Part shown: positions 63,548 to 64,000 of the stretch, in pieces
Layout of the letters: each line of letters starts with the position of its first letter
Position numbering within the stretch: position 1 is the first letter of the stretch
Assembly: GCA_965235115.1 (NCBI GenBank)
Contig: OZ249436.1
Span: forward strand, 44,456,001 to 44,520,000
Source: Laetmonice hystrix
Lineage: Eukaryota
Direction of reading: 5' to 3'
DNA: 64,000 nt
Translations under genes and position numbers: made by a program
The notes under the pieces: generated by a model
Database searches by the model: none
What the model was told of the DNA's origin: nothing
The model's input: the letters and a program-made list of their open reading frames with translations, nothing else

Positions 63548-64000
63548 CACCCTCAACTGACGCCTACATGGCACCCTCTACTGGCGCCTACATGACACCC
63601 TCTACTGACGCCTACATGGCACCCTCTACTGACGCCTACATGGCACCCTCAACTGACGCCTACATGGCACCCTCTACTGGCGCCTACATGGCACCCTCTA
63701 CTGACGCCTACATGGCACCCTCTACTGGCGCCTACATGGCACCCTCTACTGACGCCTACATGGCACCCTCTACTGGCGCCTACATGGCACCCTCTACTGA
63801 CGCCTACATGGCACCCTCTACTGACGCCTACATGGCACGCTCTACTGGCGCCTACATGGCACCCTCTACTGACGCCTACATGGCACCCTCTACTGACGCC
63901 TACATGGCACCTTCTACTGACGCCTACATGGCACCCTCTACTGGCGCCTACATGGCACCCTCTACTGACGCCTACATGGCACCCTCTACTGACGCCTACA
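63548..64000. repeat. Minisatellite, 24-bp unit (runs off window end)
   Basis: ctg(a/g)cgcctacatggcaccctcta, ~19 copies. Confidence 0.97.

Overview
Eukaryotic (animal) genomic DNA. The SINE, Helentron and MITE types suggest a marine invertebrate, probably a lophotrochozoan (inference). Most ORFs in the supplied track are artefacts of tandem repeats. Reading GT-AG sites and intron phases by hand gives two multi-exon genes on the minus strand. Gene 1 is a single-pass membrane protein. Its TM exon (17356-17242) and long low-complexity cytoplasmic tail (exons 12290-12019, 10615-10556, 8125-8028, 7599-6360, 5254-5039, 3920-3756, 2726-2646) splice in phase. The last three of these exons each carry an F[DR]FLDx[YF] motif. 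Its 5' end probably lies near 45.3 kb, but the ectodomain exons are unresolved. Gene 2 (59196-51515, at least 7 exons) encodes four ~100-aa repeats and ends in a CaaX box (CTLL). A C-type-lectin-like terminal exon lies near 63.2 kb. Introns hold about 15 minisatellite arrays, many MITEs, a tRNA-derived SINE with a 13-bp TSD, and a Helentron-type non-autonomous element carrying a tRNA-like Pol III cassette. The most striking pattern is that most large arrays are anchored on a minus-strand splice site, so each unit re-copies a donor or acceptor, usually with a few exon bases. There is no CRISPR or prokaryotic system.
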